DNA of 63,183 nt, filler included, from Globobulimina sp. (GCA_003354225.1; 41 parts of 41 records of this genome joined end to end with filler, not necessarily neighbours in it); one strand, 5' to 3'; counted from the whole stretch's first letter, positions 24,710 to 36,165 are shown. Translations and numbers: made by a program. The notes: generated by a model not told the origin, from the sequence alone.

Positions 24710-26153
24710 CGTTTTTGATCCAGTTATCCCACTTTGTTTTGAATGGGATGTGTGGCTCTGGTTCAATCTCAAAATTTAATTCCATCGTATTATTAATATC
24801 TATATTGTTTTCGTCGTCAAATAACTGTAACACTTCGTCTCCATTTTGCACATTATTAAATGTTAAATCTATATCTAGATTGGTGTCATTTATGTGATTA
24901 ATTATTAGATTTTCATCCAAATGTACCGGCTCTTCATCATTGAGGTCCGAATCCAACGCAAATAATGATTTTTCTTCCAACCGAGATAAATTGTTCTTTT
25001 TTTGAATGAGATTTTCTTTTAATATGTTTTTCTCTGCAATGTACGTCTCCAAATTCAGAGTTTGATCGATTAATTTCGGTGGAATATCCCCTTCATTTTC
25101 TAACACTCGCTTTGATAATAAGACCAATGTATTATTGATTGTGGTGTTCAAAATTGATAATTGTGACTCTTCTAAATCTAAAATTGTATTCTCCACATTG
25201 TTAATAGTCGGGATTGGCGCTAAATTGTCGTTATATGCCATAAATGCATCCCAATCGATATCATCTGCAACTTCATTCTCCTCAATTATGGATAAGTCAA
25301 TTCCCGATAATGTCGCTGTATTAATCTCGCTCTTTTTGTTGAAAAAACGACTAAAATTCAGTTCGTTTTTTAATGCTTTTATTTCCTTTCTTTGTTTCTT
25401 TCTCTCTCTCTCTAAAATGCGAGTTATTTTTTGCAGTTCTTTTGCCCGCATCTCTCTCTCCAAATTAATCAATTCCTCATCCACTTTCTTTGTAAAATCC
25501 CGGGTGAACGTACCTGTGTTATTTGCATCTTTCCCACTGTTCATTCCATGCGTAATTGAACAAAATTGTGTTTGGTAATATATTTCTTCTTTACATAATT
25601 TTGCTTCCACTACGAACCGATCCTCGCCTTTTAATTGTTTGATCACGAACGTTTTCATCAATTTTAGCGGGTTTCCTTTGTTATTTTCATAGCATTTCGT
25701 CCCATCCATACCTAAGAAGTGCAATACTTCCCCGGTATACTCCTTCTTAATGCCTCTTAATATCAATGCTAGCAAACCTATGTTGCTCCGAATTATCCCG
25801 TTTCGATCATAATAATTGTTTTTGACCAATAATTCGTACACTTTCTTAATGTCCGTAATATGCTCTCTCGTCCTTGTCTTAAATTGGCGGTTTCCATTCT
25901 TCCCTCTTCCAATGTATGATTTACCGCAATTTCTACAGTTAATGGCATAAATAATATCTCTTGAAAAGCATGAGGATCGATTACATTTTACTGACTGTCC
26001 AGTAATTGGCGACTTCCATTTTTTCTCATTATACATAATTCCCGGATGGCTGCGACAAATACAATCCTTTCTACCCTCTGTAACGTTTAAAATATTCAAT
26101 TTTTGGCAGCTCATAAACCCCTTCCAACTGTCCAAATAATCGTAACTTATTTT
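24710..26153 (-). mobile_element. Penelope-like retroelement ORF fragment with GIY-YIG endonuclease; open at both ends
   Basis: SC.SRDIIYAINCRNCGKSYIG..FKTRTREH..I..VLHF..LCKEE..Q..F....GMN matches PLE GIY-YIG with the Cys/His zinc motif; upstream C..C.C cluster. Confidence 0.8.
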
Positions 26154-26851
26154 NNNNNNNNNNNNNNNNNNNNNNNNNNNNNNNNNNNNNNNNNNNNTTA
26201 ATTAATTAANNNNNNNNNNNNNNNNNNNNNNNNNNNNNNNNNNNNNNNNNNNNTTTTAAAAAAATATGAAGGTGAAAAATGATGGATTTAATAGGGAAGA
26301 AAAAAAAGAAAAAATGGAGAAAAAAAACACAAAAACCTCAATCACAAAGTTCAAAAAAATGACGAATCAAAAACAACACAAAGTTTGTCTGTTCAAATTC
26401 CGACTCGATGATCTTTAAATATTTGTGCGTCAATCTCAAAATAACATGTAAATCGTAAAAAAAAATCAAAAAAAAAGTATACGAAAAAAAATAGGGAGAA
26501 ACACAACAGAAAACAATAAAAGGAAGCAAACAGTAACAAATTATAAAGATTATGGGAAGAGGGAAAATAATCAGAGCGAATACAACAAAATACAAAAACA
26601 CTAAAAACGCCACGGTTGAACCACACACCGACAACGTTTTTGATGGTTGGATTTCATATTAAATCATACACCTTCACTCCAAAAGAAATCGCGAAAAAAA
26701 AAAAGAAAAAGCTATATATTGGGTGATAATGGACAGATGAACGAGACACTAAATTAACGAGAACAGAGGGAGTTGTATCACAAAAAGAATATATTTTAAT
26801 TAAAATTAGAAAACATAACCCAAATATATAATATATGTCAGATGTCACTCC

Positions 26852-27697
26852 TCATTTCGTGGTAGCTCTTCGTCGCCGAAACCTGGAGCCACCGGGCGGT
26901 CTGCAACAGGTCGGATACTTCGGTCCGATGTGCTCCTTTCCATTGTTGTCCTTCTTGGCGAAGCCAATCACCATCACCGAGATGTTGTCGCTGGTCAACG
27001 GAGTCTGAATGGACTGATCCGATTTCTTGGCGGCTAATTCGATCAAAGTGTCCGCAGCCTTCTCCACATCGCCATATTTCCTCAGCGAGCGCCGACAGGC
27101 CGTCATCGCATTGGTATCGTCCATGACATCCCACAATCCGTCACAGGCAATGATGAGAAACTCGTCATCGGTGGTGAGTTGGTGTTGGGCGATGTGCGGA
27201 TCGCAGATCAATCCGTCCAATTTCCGCATGCCATTCATCACATAATAGTCGCCAATGGCTCTGGTCACAGAGATCTGCCCCGACAGCAAGTCGCTGTTGG
27301 AGTCGATGCATTGGCCGCACCGTTTCTTCTCGTCTTCGTTCTTCGGGTTATGGTCAATGGTCAGCGACTTCAACTTGCCATTGCTGCACAAAATGGCTCT
27401 GCAGTCGCCCACATTCGCCACATAAATGCAATCCTTTTTCGCTCCATTCTTGTGGCACTGGTAATAGACATAGACGCCGACGGCGCCGGCCTCGCATTGT
27501 GATGACAGCGCGAATTGTTTGAAGGTGGCGTCGGTGCGATGGAAGGCTTTCCGTATACTGTCCACAATCTCCGCAGAGTTGCCATTCGCGCCCAAATTGG
27601 CCGACACGTATTCGTGCAAATGCTGTGTGCAGAATTTGGCAGCTTCGTCGCCCAAATGGCCGTCGAATAAGCTGAAGGAATAGGTGACGCCGTCCGC
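26852..27697 (-). CDS. Protein phosphatase 2C (5' partial)
   Basis: SLFDGHLG, VANVGDCRAIL, DHNP, SVTRAIGD, FLIIACDGLWDV and SDNISV motifs. Confidence 0.96.
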   Translation of the reverse strand, partial: ADGVTYSFSLFDGHLGDEAAKFCTQHLHEYVSANLGANGNSAEIVDSIRKAFHRTDATFKQFALSSQCEAGAVGVYVYYQCHKNGAKKDCIYVANVGDCRAILCSNGKLKSLTIDHNPKNEDEKKRCGQCIDSNSDLLSGQISVTRAIGDYYVMNGMRKLDGLICDPHIAQHQLTTDDEFLIIACDGLWDVMDDTNAMTACRRSLRKYGDVEKAADTLIELAAKKSDQSIQTPLTSDNISVMVIGFAKKDNNGKEHIGPKYPTCCRPPGGSRFRRRRATTK

Positions 27698-27974
27698 NNN
27701 NNNNNNNNNNNNNNNNNNNNNNNNNNNNNNNNNNNNNNNNNTTAATTAATTAANNNNNNNNNNNNNNNNNNNNNNNNNNNNNNNNNNNNNNNNNNNNTCA
27801 CAAGTTGTGTACGCAAAAGGAGACGGAGCGGATGCAGAGATATGAGACTTTCAAGCGGCAGCAAGAGAAAAAGAAAGAGAAACGAAATGAAGAGAAATGA
27901 ATAAGAATATGACTTGTTTTGTGTGTTTTTGTAAAGTTTATTTTTGTTAAATTAGACTAAGGTCCACTAAGTTC

Positions 27975-28120
27975 GGAAACCTTCTTTGTTTAATACACCC
28001 CTCGCGGCTCGCAGGGTTGTTCCAGCAATCTGTGAGCCTGGAATCAGACCTACGGCCTGATTGAATTTTGTCCCACTACAATACAGAAGGGCTTTATCTT
28101 GGAGCTCTATAGATACGGGA
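27975..28120 (-). ncRNA. Candidate structured non-coding element of unknown class
   Basis: Three adjacent hairpins enclosed by a CCTTCT/AGAAGG stem; GC-richer than the flanks. Confidence 0.3.
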
Positions 28121-28302
28121 ATTCCACATTTCTCAATAATGAATAAACGACAATGATATAAATCCGCATTACCAACATCTGTATCAATATGAGCCATGAC
28201 TCAAGCAAACAAAATAAGAAAAAATGCATTTGAATGATACAATTATTACAGTTTGCAGCTAGCTGTCAGTAGCTGATGCTTAAATTATTACAATTAATTA
28301 TG

Positions 28303-28380
28303 ATCAGCATAAATAGATCCAAACCGCATAAATAGATCCAAACCGCATAAATAGATCCCCAAATCAGCATAAATAGATCA
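28303..28380. repeat. Minisatellite: four copies of GCATAAATAGATC, period 19-22 bp
   Basis: Copies start at 28307, 28326, 28345 and 28367. Confidence 0.9.
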
Positions 28381-28445
28381 CTTACTTTTTGTCTATAACA
28401 AAGTTACGTGATTACAGTATTCTCGATTACATCTGATCAATACCA

Positions 28446-29241
28446 ATGGATTCCGAGTACAGTATTCTCCAAGAATCAGATGAGAATAATAAAGAATCAA
28501 AGTTAAACAAAGAAATTAAATTAAAATTTGATAATATTTCTTTCGAGCTAAAAGATAAAAAAATAATAAAACGTATTTCTGGCTCTTGTTATGAAGGACA
28601 AGTTTATGGCATTATCGGTGCAACGGGTGCTGGTAAGACCACTTTGCTCTCCATATTAGGCGGCAGAATCAGATGTATTTCTTCTTTATCATCGAATAAA
28701 TCAAAATGTGGTGGTGTGATTACACTAAATGATGTCACTGTGGATTGCAGTCTGGACAAAGAGCTTAATTATTTATCTAAAAATGTTGCCTATGTCATGC
28801 AAAATGATTTATTATTTGCTACGGAAAAATGCAAAGAAACAATACAAATTTCATCATTATTAAGGTTACCCACAGAAGACACCCAAACAAAATTAAAATA
28901 TGCGCAACAAATATTAACTGATTTACATTTAAATGGATGTGCGGATACATGTATTGGAGGTGAACATGTTCGAGGATTATCCGGCGGGGAACGTAAGAGA
29001 GTTAGTATTGGCGCAGAATTGGTAACCAAGCCCAATGTTATTATATTAGACGAACCAACTTCTGGTCTCGACAGGTTTGTTAATTGTTATCTTTATATAT
29101 TTTTGGCAAAACATAAATATTAATTTATCTATGTACAAACAGTGCGACTGCATTATCCACGATGTTGTTGTTGCGTGACTTGGCCAGGAAAGACAAAAAA
29201 ACCGTAATCGCCTGCATCCATCAGCCATCCTCGCAAATAAT
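28446..29241 (+). CDS. ABCG (White-like) transporter, nucleotide-binding domain (3' partial)
   Basis: Walker A GATGAGKTT, signature LSGGERKRVSIG, LDEPTSGLD | intron 29075-29142 | SATA..CIHQPSS. Confidence 0.95.
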
Positions 29242-29450
29242 NNNNNNNNNNNNNNNNNNNNNNNNNNNNNNNNNNNNNNNNNNNNTTAATTAATTAANNN
29301 NNNNNNNNNNNNNNNNNNNNNNNNNNNNNNNNNNNNNNNNNTTTCAGAGCAAAAAAAAAACGATCAACGTCATACAATAAAACGACAACAATTAAAAAAG
29401 CCAAAGCAAAACAAAATAGCTATTCATCACACAATAATCACAAACAGCAT

Positions 29451-29867
29451 GTGATAAAACGTCAGATTTCTACCAAAAGTGATATTAAATCCGATTGTTT
29501 CTCGTCGGACGCAAGCGACATAGAAAGTGTATTTAATGTAAGTTTTGAAGACTTTAAAAATTCCTCAAATAAAAGTTCGAGTAACAATAGCTTTATGGAT
29601 CAGTTTAGCAGATTACAAAACGGACCGCCTTTAGATAATGTAGCATCTGAATTACATACAGAATTTTCGTTTTTCAAATCACAAATCCGAGAATCATTAA
29701 TTGCCGGAAATGAAATGATGCAACATTTGAGAAGTAAACAGGATATGCAAAGCATAGGCAATATGATCGATTTGTTTTCAAAACAGAAACAGAAAATAGA
29801 TTTTATTGCTCATCGATTTAGAAGTGCGCAAATTGCATGTAATAACGTAGATTTTTGTGACCTTTGA
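29451..29867 (+). CDS. Hypothetical protein (likely 5' partial)
   Basis: 138-aa ORF, Ser-rich then helical. Confidence 0.45.
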   Translation: MIKRQISTKSDIKSDCFSSDASDIESVFNVSFEDFKNSSNKSSSNNSFMDQFSRLQNGPPLDNVASELHTEFSFFKSQIRESLIAGNEMMQHLRSKQDMQSIGNMIDLFSKQKQKIDFIAHRFRSAQIACNNVDFCDL

Positions 29868-29968
29868 GTGTATTCTGTACCATGATGTAGTTTATTAGTT
29901 TGAGTTTGTATTTTTAATCCCGACTCCCGAGTAAGTTTTTTTACAACTACAAGATCTTTGGAAGCATT

Positions 29969-30785
29969 ATGTCAATCGTCCTTCAAACTCAGTTGGTGCC
30001 ATGCGCAATATTCAGCGTCATATTTCTATTCATTCTGTTATTTCATTTTTGGAGATGCCGATATACCAAAACAACGGGTAGCAAAACGCCCAAATTGTTT
30101 AAATATTTGCAGCTAATCCATGTTTCGTATATAATAATTAATTTGCAGATACTCCGTTGTATTTTAATGACAAGCTGGCATTTTATATCGTCAATATTAA
30201 ATATCGATTCCTGTCAAATACGGATTACGACTGAAGCCTCGCTATGGTTTGCCACACAAGGCTTTATCCACTTATTTGTTGCAATGAGAACTCGTTTAAA
30301 TTCATTCGATCCTTTACAGTCAATATGGTTTAAAGTAGCTTTATTTTTAATAATTACAGAGTTTTTGTTCATGTTTTATACGCTTTCTGGCAAAGCATTT
30401 ACTGCGCAACATTTTGATTCGTTATCTAAACCAATACATATCTCCACACTATCAATGGCCGCCACATTATGCAGCTCAGTTATTATTGGATTATATTTTT
30501 TGTTTGTTTTTGTTTTTCCGTTACGCAAATTTATAAAACCTGAAAACAGATCAGGTGATGATGTAAATAATGGATATTCAAAAACAATGGTCGTTAAAGT
30601 AATAATCTGTAACACCATTATAACGGTTGCAACGATAATAACTATTCTAACCGTAGTTACGTTTGCTTTTGTTGGTCTTGCTCATTATATCGGTATACAA
30701 TGTTTAATTTCTATTTTCTTTATATTCATTTTTTTTAATCAATTTTGTATACCTTTTTTCTACAGAAATAGTGACGACTTTGTAT
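29969..30785 (+). CDS. Seven-TM-like (GPCR-like) membrane protein
   Basis: About 7 hydrophobic helices, Cys before TM3 and Arg at the end of TM3. Confidence 0.55.
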
Positions 30786-30888
30786 NNNNNNNNNNNNNNN
30801 NNNNNNNNNNNNNNNNNNNNNNNNNNNNNTTAATTAATTAANNNNNNNNNNNNNNNNNNNNNNNNNNNNNNNNNNNNNNNNNNNNACT

Positions 30889-31686
30889 ATGTCTGTACAG
30901 TATTGCATGACTGATGAACCCACAAACAAACCAACTAATAAACCAACAAATAAACCCACAAATAAACCCACAAATAAACCCACAAATAAACCGACAAATA
31001 CGCCCACAAACATACCTACAAATGCACCAACAACAGTCAGTCCCACAACCAATGAACCCACAACAAACTATCCAAGCAACAATCCTTCGGTGTTTCCATT
31101 ATATGTGACAACAAATGGTCCAACGTCAAGGCCAACCAATTTAGCCACAATTGTTGTGGTCGCTACACCGAAACCTACAGAATATGATAAACAAGTGACA
31201 AATGTTAATACAGTAAGAGAAACGACATCAGTTTCAAATGGAAAAGATAATGATTCTAAAGTTAATGGAAATGGTTCGATATTTACGACAGATAGAATTA
31301 TTATCATCATATTATGTTTGATATTATTATGTTTGATAGGCGCATTTATTAGATATAGAAAAAAGAAACATTCTTCGCATTTTGTAGAAAAGCATTTTTC
31401 CGAACCATTATTGATGGAAACAGGAACTGATATTCATATTCATCAGAAACAGGGACAAGATTTGGAATTGGAAAGATTAGGTTTGTTGTGTTTTGATGTA
31501 GTAGATGTACCGGGGCAATATAAGCCAGATTGTAATGCATATGATGTTGATGACAGTATTATCATTGGAGATATAAATGAACTTGAAACCCAACCACAAC
31601 TTACGGATGTCAGCAAAACAGAAGGTTTTCTTGATTCAGACATGAGTGGTGACTCATCATATTCTGAAAACGCAACTGGAAAATAA
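30889..31686 (+). CDS. Single-pass surface protein with PT(NK) repeat stalk (5' partial)
   Basis: (PTNK)n tandem repeat at 30919-31020, TM IIIIILCLILLCLIGAFI followed by RYRKKK. Confidence 0.8.
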   Translation: MSVQYCMTDEPTNKPTNKPTNKPTNKPTNKPTNKPTNTPTNIPTNAPTTVSPTTNEPTTNYPSNNPSVFPLYVTTNGPTSRPTNLATIVVVATPKPTEYDKQVTNVNTVRETTSVSNGKDNDSKVNGNGSIFTTDRIIIIILCLILLCLIGAFIRYRKKKHSSHFVEKHFSEPLLMETGTDIHIHQKQGQDLELERLGLLCFDVVDVPGQYKPDCNAYDVDDSIIIGDINELETQPQLTDVSKTEGFLDSDMSGDSSYSENATGK

Positions 31687-31931
31687 TTTATATATTACTT
31701 TCCCTGTAGAATGGTTCGAAAGGAGTTCGTTTCAGTTTTTTTAGAATGGTGATAATGGAACAACCATCTTCCAGCAGTGCAAGGATATTCTGAAACCAAA
31801 TCCTTTTTAACCAATCTACAGGGAAAGTAATATACATATTGTAATTTATATTAACTATCCAAGTTTTATTTTGCTTTTAATTAATACCTGTACATATGTT
31901 TGTCGTTTCACCTGCAAGTCAACAAAAAGAA

Positions 31932-32189
31932 TTGACTTTTTAGGCTTACACTTCTAAACACTTCTTTTGTGTTGTTATTGTCTTCAAATGTTGACCCATA
32001 TTTCCTAGTCTCCAAAGATGTGCCTGGCACAAATTTGTGCTTCACTCCTTTAAATATGGGTGAAAAAACAAATGACTTTTTATGCTTGCCAATCACTCTA
32101 AGAAGTGTTTGGAAGTGTTTGGAAGTTTAAGCCTAAAAACCTTGCCAATCACAAAAGAAGTGTTTGGAAGTTTAAGCCTAAAAAGTCAA
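31932..32189. mobile_element. MITE-like element with 40-bp terminal inverted repeats
   Basis: TTGACTTTTTAGGCTTACACTTCTAAACACTTCTTTTGTG vs reverse complement of 32150-32189 (38/40 identical); partial duplication of the right arm at ~32086-32139. Confidence 0.8.
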
Positions 32190-32514
32190 ATGGCAACGTC
32201 CATAAACCAAATACACCAATCGTGGTTTTTTGTTGTATACCGAGTATGAAGAAGGAGCTGCAAAATATGGATTCCTACTAGAAGCAATCAACATACCTGC
32301 AAACAATGTTATTTATACATATTATTCTNNNNNNNNNNNNNNNNNNNNNNNNNNNNNNNNNNNNNNNNNNNNTTAATTAATTAANNNNNNNNNNNNNNNN
32401 NNNNNNNNNNNNNNNNNNNNNNNNNNNNTTGGGTTAAATTCATTAATGGGAAACCGATTTAAAGTTGTCAAACTAAAGCGGAAGTGACATGTAATTGAAC
32501 TTTTAAGTTATAGC

Positions 32515-33316
32515 TCACAGAAAAAAGTTAGTTAGCAGGAGTCTAATATTCCCAATTAATCGCTTTGTTGCCCCTTCTAACCGCCAATCCATCAATTGCC
32601 CCTAGATAGAATATGGGTTTCGACCCAACATTTTCTGAATAATCACATTTTGAGTGAACATAATTTTGGATGTATGTGCAATTGAGCCGGAGGTAAATAT
32701 CAATGCTTGAGAGTCATCTCGTTTGTCGCGGGGACGATCTTTCCACGCTTTACATCGTTCATGTTTCGTTGTGTAATTATCGCCACAGCGGGGACACCGT
32801 TTCAATGAATGCATTTCTTGTAACTCCGCTTGCTGATCAATGGACTTATTCTTGCGTTGTGATATTTGCATTTAAAAATAGTGCAACGGCTGCTTCGTCA
32901 CTATCTGCGTCAGCTTGAGGTGCTGAGGGACCATTCTTATTATTCCCTGAGGGGAATACACCATTTACTTGCTGCATTAAACCGTCATCAGCTACCGGTG
33001 GTGTAACAGCGGCAGGTTGAACTACACGATTCGGTGATGTGCGGGAATGCGTATAATTGTTGTCATCGGGGGTATTTGCTTGAGAATTGCTAAAAGGAAT
33101 TACTCCTTTTGGCTGCGCATTTGAGTCACCATAATCTTCATCATCGTCATCAAAACTAAAGCTTGGCGACATTTTGGGAGTATTTGAATTTGATTTGGTA
33201 GTTAAATGCTTCTGCGACAACACATTCATATCCATATTCAATGGATCACCTAATGTACCATGCGTAACTGTGTCATCTTCGTCCATATAAGAACTTATTG
33301 ACTGTGGCGACGACAT
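32515..33316 (-). pseudogene. Degenerate, internally deleted copy of the 6274-7625 ORF1/Gag-like gene
   Basis: HSLKRCPRC..YTTKHERC..RD.RD.SQAL.FTSGS.AH.SKIMF..NV aligns with 6274-7625; homology continues past the TAG at 32602 (QLMDWRL..LIGNI); frameshift near 32850-32870. Confidence 0.75.
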
Positions 33317-33971
33317 TGCTTATCAGGTTTAAAGGGAGAAGTAAAAAGAAGTTTTTTGTGTGTTGTTATGTGTTTGTTGTTCACATAACTACAGTTCTTT
33401 AATTAGTAAAGTTGAAGAATATAGATTGGTTTATCCGGATTTTTTTATCGTTACAGGAAATGGAAAATTATTGACTGGCAGATTACTCACAGAACCAACA
33501 GGAACATGTGAACTCAGTCGGGGTGGAACAGTAAAATGGGTGCCTTGTGGCGGGGATACATATATCAGACCAGATGGGGAACAATTTCGTATGATAGGCG
33601 GCTGGTAAAATGTTTTAAAAATATTTCACACAACTTACTGAATCAAATAAGTGTTGTTTGTAAATTGTAATTCTTTTAATTTATTATATTTATAGCATTT
33701 TTCTCAAAATGAATTAAAATACTAATTATCAGATTATGCTTGACTCAAAATGTGGATAATAATTAATATTTTCTGAGATAGCAAGTTAGTCTCAGCTGCA
33801 GATAAATAATTAATATTAAATAAATGGGTAACAGCGATTGATCAGATATTATAAAAATATCTGAAGAAACANNNNNNNNNNNNNNNNNNNNNNNNNNNNN
33901 NNNNNNNNNNNNNNNTTAATTAATTAANNNNNNNNNNNNNNNNNNNNNNNNNNNNNNNNNNNNNNNNNNNN

Positions 33972-34840
33972 GGGTTTAGAAAGGCAAGATTTGGAGGATG
34001 TAGTCAAAGTGCAGCAATATGTGGTCGGTGTCACAACGGGTCAACACCCATTCCAACATCCAGGGTCGCCACGCATCCATCAGGGCTCTCGCTATATGCC
34101 CAACCAAACAGAAACTGCATTCATTCAACAGTCCCGTTCCACATTATACTCAAATTTCTTTCGTTTTGTGATGGTCGGTGCAATGACACCATATCTCACC
34201 TTGCGATTAGTCTCCATATTTCAGAAACGAATAATCCCCACACAAAGATACATTATTTGGTCCGCTCTCGGAGGTAGTGCTTAGATGCGAAATTTCTTTT
34301 AATTTCATGCTTGCATTGTCTGTCTTTGTAGGTGGCTTTGGTGGAATGTACGGGACGACATTGGGGCGGATGGCCATAGCTCGCGATTACTTGAGATTGG
34401 ACAATTCGCCGTTAGCTACGGAGGCCAGATATCAATTATGGAAAATCAACCCAGCACACCCGTTTCTGAAAGGATTTGAGCATGAAACAGTGGATTGGAA
34501 CGAGTACAAATACAGAGATGATGGAGGCAGTTCATTCCATGAGGAACAAAAGCAGTATGAGGGGTATGATGAGTACAATGAGTATGAGGAGAGAAGTGAT
34601 AAGCGTATGGATAGGAATATGGAGAGAAACAGTTCTAATGTGAATGAAATGGATGCAGTGAATGAGAATATGAGAAGGAAGAAAAGGGATAGATTTTATA
34701 GTGGAAGGAATAGAGTGAATAATAATAGTTCTGACGATGTATATGAGGAGAATATGAATGACTTTTTTGATGGCAATGAGAATATTAACCCCAATGATGA
34801 TGTTAATGATTTCTTTGATAGTAAACAGAAATGGAATTAA
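33972..34840 (+). CDS. Small membrane protein with acidic tail, one intron (~34274-34331)
   Basis: Two ORFs joinable through a GT..AG intron; TM segments followed by YLRLDNSPLATEAR. Confidence 0.55.
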
Positions 34841-35514
34841 TATGATTGATTTATGTTTGTTGTTTCTGTGTTTTATAATTTGAAATGTATCGATTCGAAT
34901 GTGTCACGTATCTGAACGATATATCCCGGTTTTGATAACCTCCCGTTTGTATACATTCCATTTCATTATACATTTGTTATAACTTTGTGCTGGATTTGCA
35001 AACCCAAGACAAAGTTGTAACAAACCTCAACACAAAGCTGTAAGCAAAAAGATTCTGTATAGTGAACAAGTGGTGGGGGTTATCCAATTTCGTAAAAATT
35101 GTTGCAACGTAAATCGTAAATAGTGAACAAGTGGTGGGATAATTTGAATACAGATTGCACACTAATCGAATCCCACGTGTTTAGCGATTCCCATTCTAAG
35201 CGAATCCTTTAACGTACGGTTTGTTTTATGAATTTAATTTGGTGATTCGACCGTACTTATACACACCACCTCTATATTACATCTGAATTGTTGTTTTCAC
35301 CGTACTTATAGTATGTTGTTTGCATTGATGAGAATTTCTTGATTTTAATCTTTCAAAAGTAATTCTCTGACTATATTACTATATAATTGAAATTCCGAAA
35401 TTCTCTTTCTCTGTNNNNNNNNNNNNNNNNNNNNNNNNNNNNNNNNNNNNNNNNNNNNTTAATTAATTAANNNNNNNNNNNNNNNNNNNNNNNNNNNNNN
35501 NNNNNNNNNNNNNN

Positions 35515-36031
35515 TGTCTTTTTAAAACGTTTTCATTCGATATCAGAGAAAGTTGCTGATGATCCACAATTACTTTCAATTTCCATTAAATTTGCTGTAG
35601 TGGCATCATTCAGTGTTATTTCTACGTTGTTTTTATTCACTTTGGCTGTTCCATTTTATCCAAATGTCACTTTTATTTTAGCCATAGATGCAACCATTAA
35701 TAGTATTTGCTTATTTTGTATGTTGAATATTGGTGAACGTGTTTATATTTATTTATTTTATCCATGCTATCGTTGTGGTGATCACTTCATTGTGAAAAGA
35801 TTCACAAACCATTCAAAACAAGTAAATCATATCGAATGTGGTATGCAAACCGCCGAAAATGATATCAATGCAAACAAAAAAGTTAACAAACCAACAGAAA
35901 CGAAAAACGATGTAAATAATGCAGCAACGTTTCCAATCTCTTTTGGGGAAACACAGCCACACTCATTACCAACGGTGGCACATTCTATCATGGAAAAGAA
36001 ACTAAAATTAAGCAAGACAAATTCATTCTAA
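35515..36031 (+). CDS. C-terminal part of a GPCR-like multi-TM protein
   Basis: Last two TM helices (AIDATINSICLFCM..Y..LF.PC) and a cytoplasmic tail. Confidence 0.5.
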
Positions 36032-36165
36032 TCTAAATTGTTGTATGCTCGATCCTAAAAAGTTTTTTTTGACTGCAAAATCTTTTTTCCATCTGGTATC
36101 ATCCTCACACTTTGTCAGCAACAGTTTTCATCCTTTGTCTCATCGAAAAAGCACAATAAACAAAC

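Noticed and set aside
25135-25578. Antisense ORFs in the track (this one, 6845-7192, 46378-46890, 19377-20033 and similar)
   Set aside because: Shadows of real coding sequence on the opposite strand, with no motifs of their own.
27967-28197. 76-aa ORF as a DNA polymerase X C-terminal fragment (ALLYCSG..FN)
   Set aside because: The similarity is only a few residues and the catalytic Asp is absent; the DNA is better explained by base-paired structure.
28303-28380. CRISPR array or plasmid iterons
   Set aside because: Spacers are only 6-9 bp and near-identical; eukaryotic contig with no rep or cas gene.
35059-35138. CRISPR-like repeat-spacer-repeat
   Set aside because: Only two 19-bp copies, non-palindromic, eukaryotic context, no cas genes.
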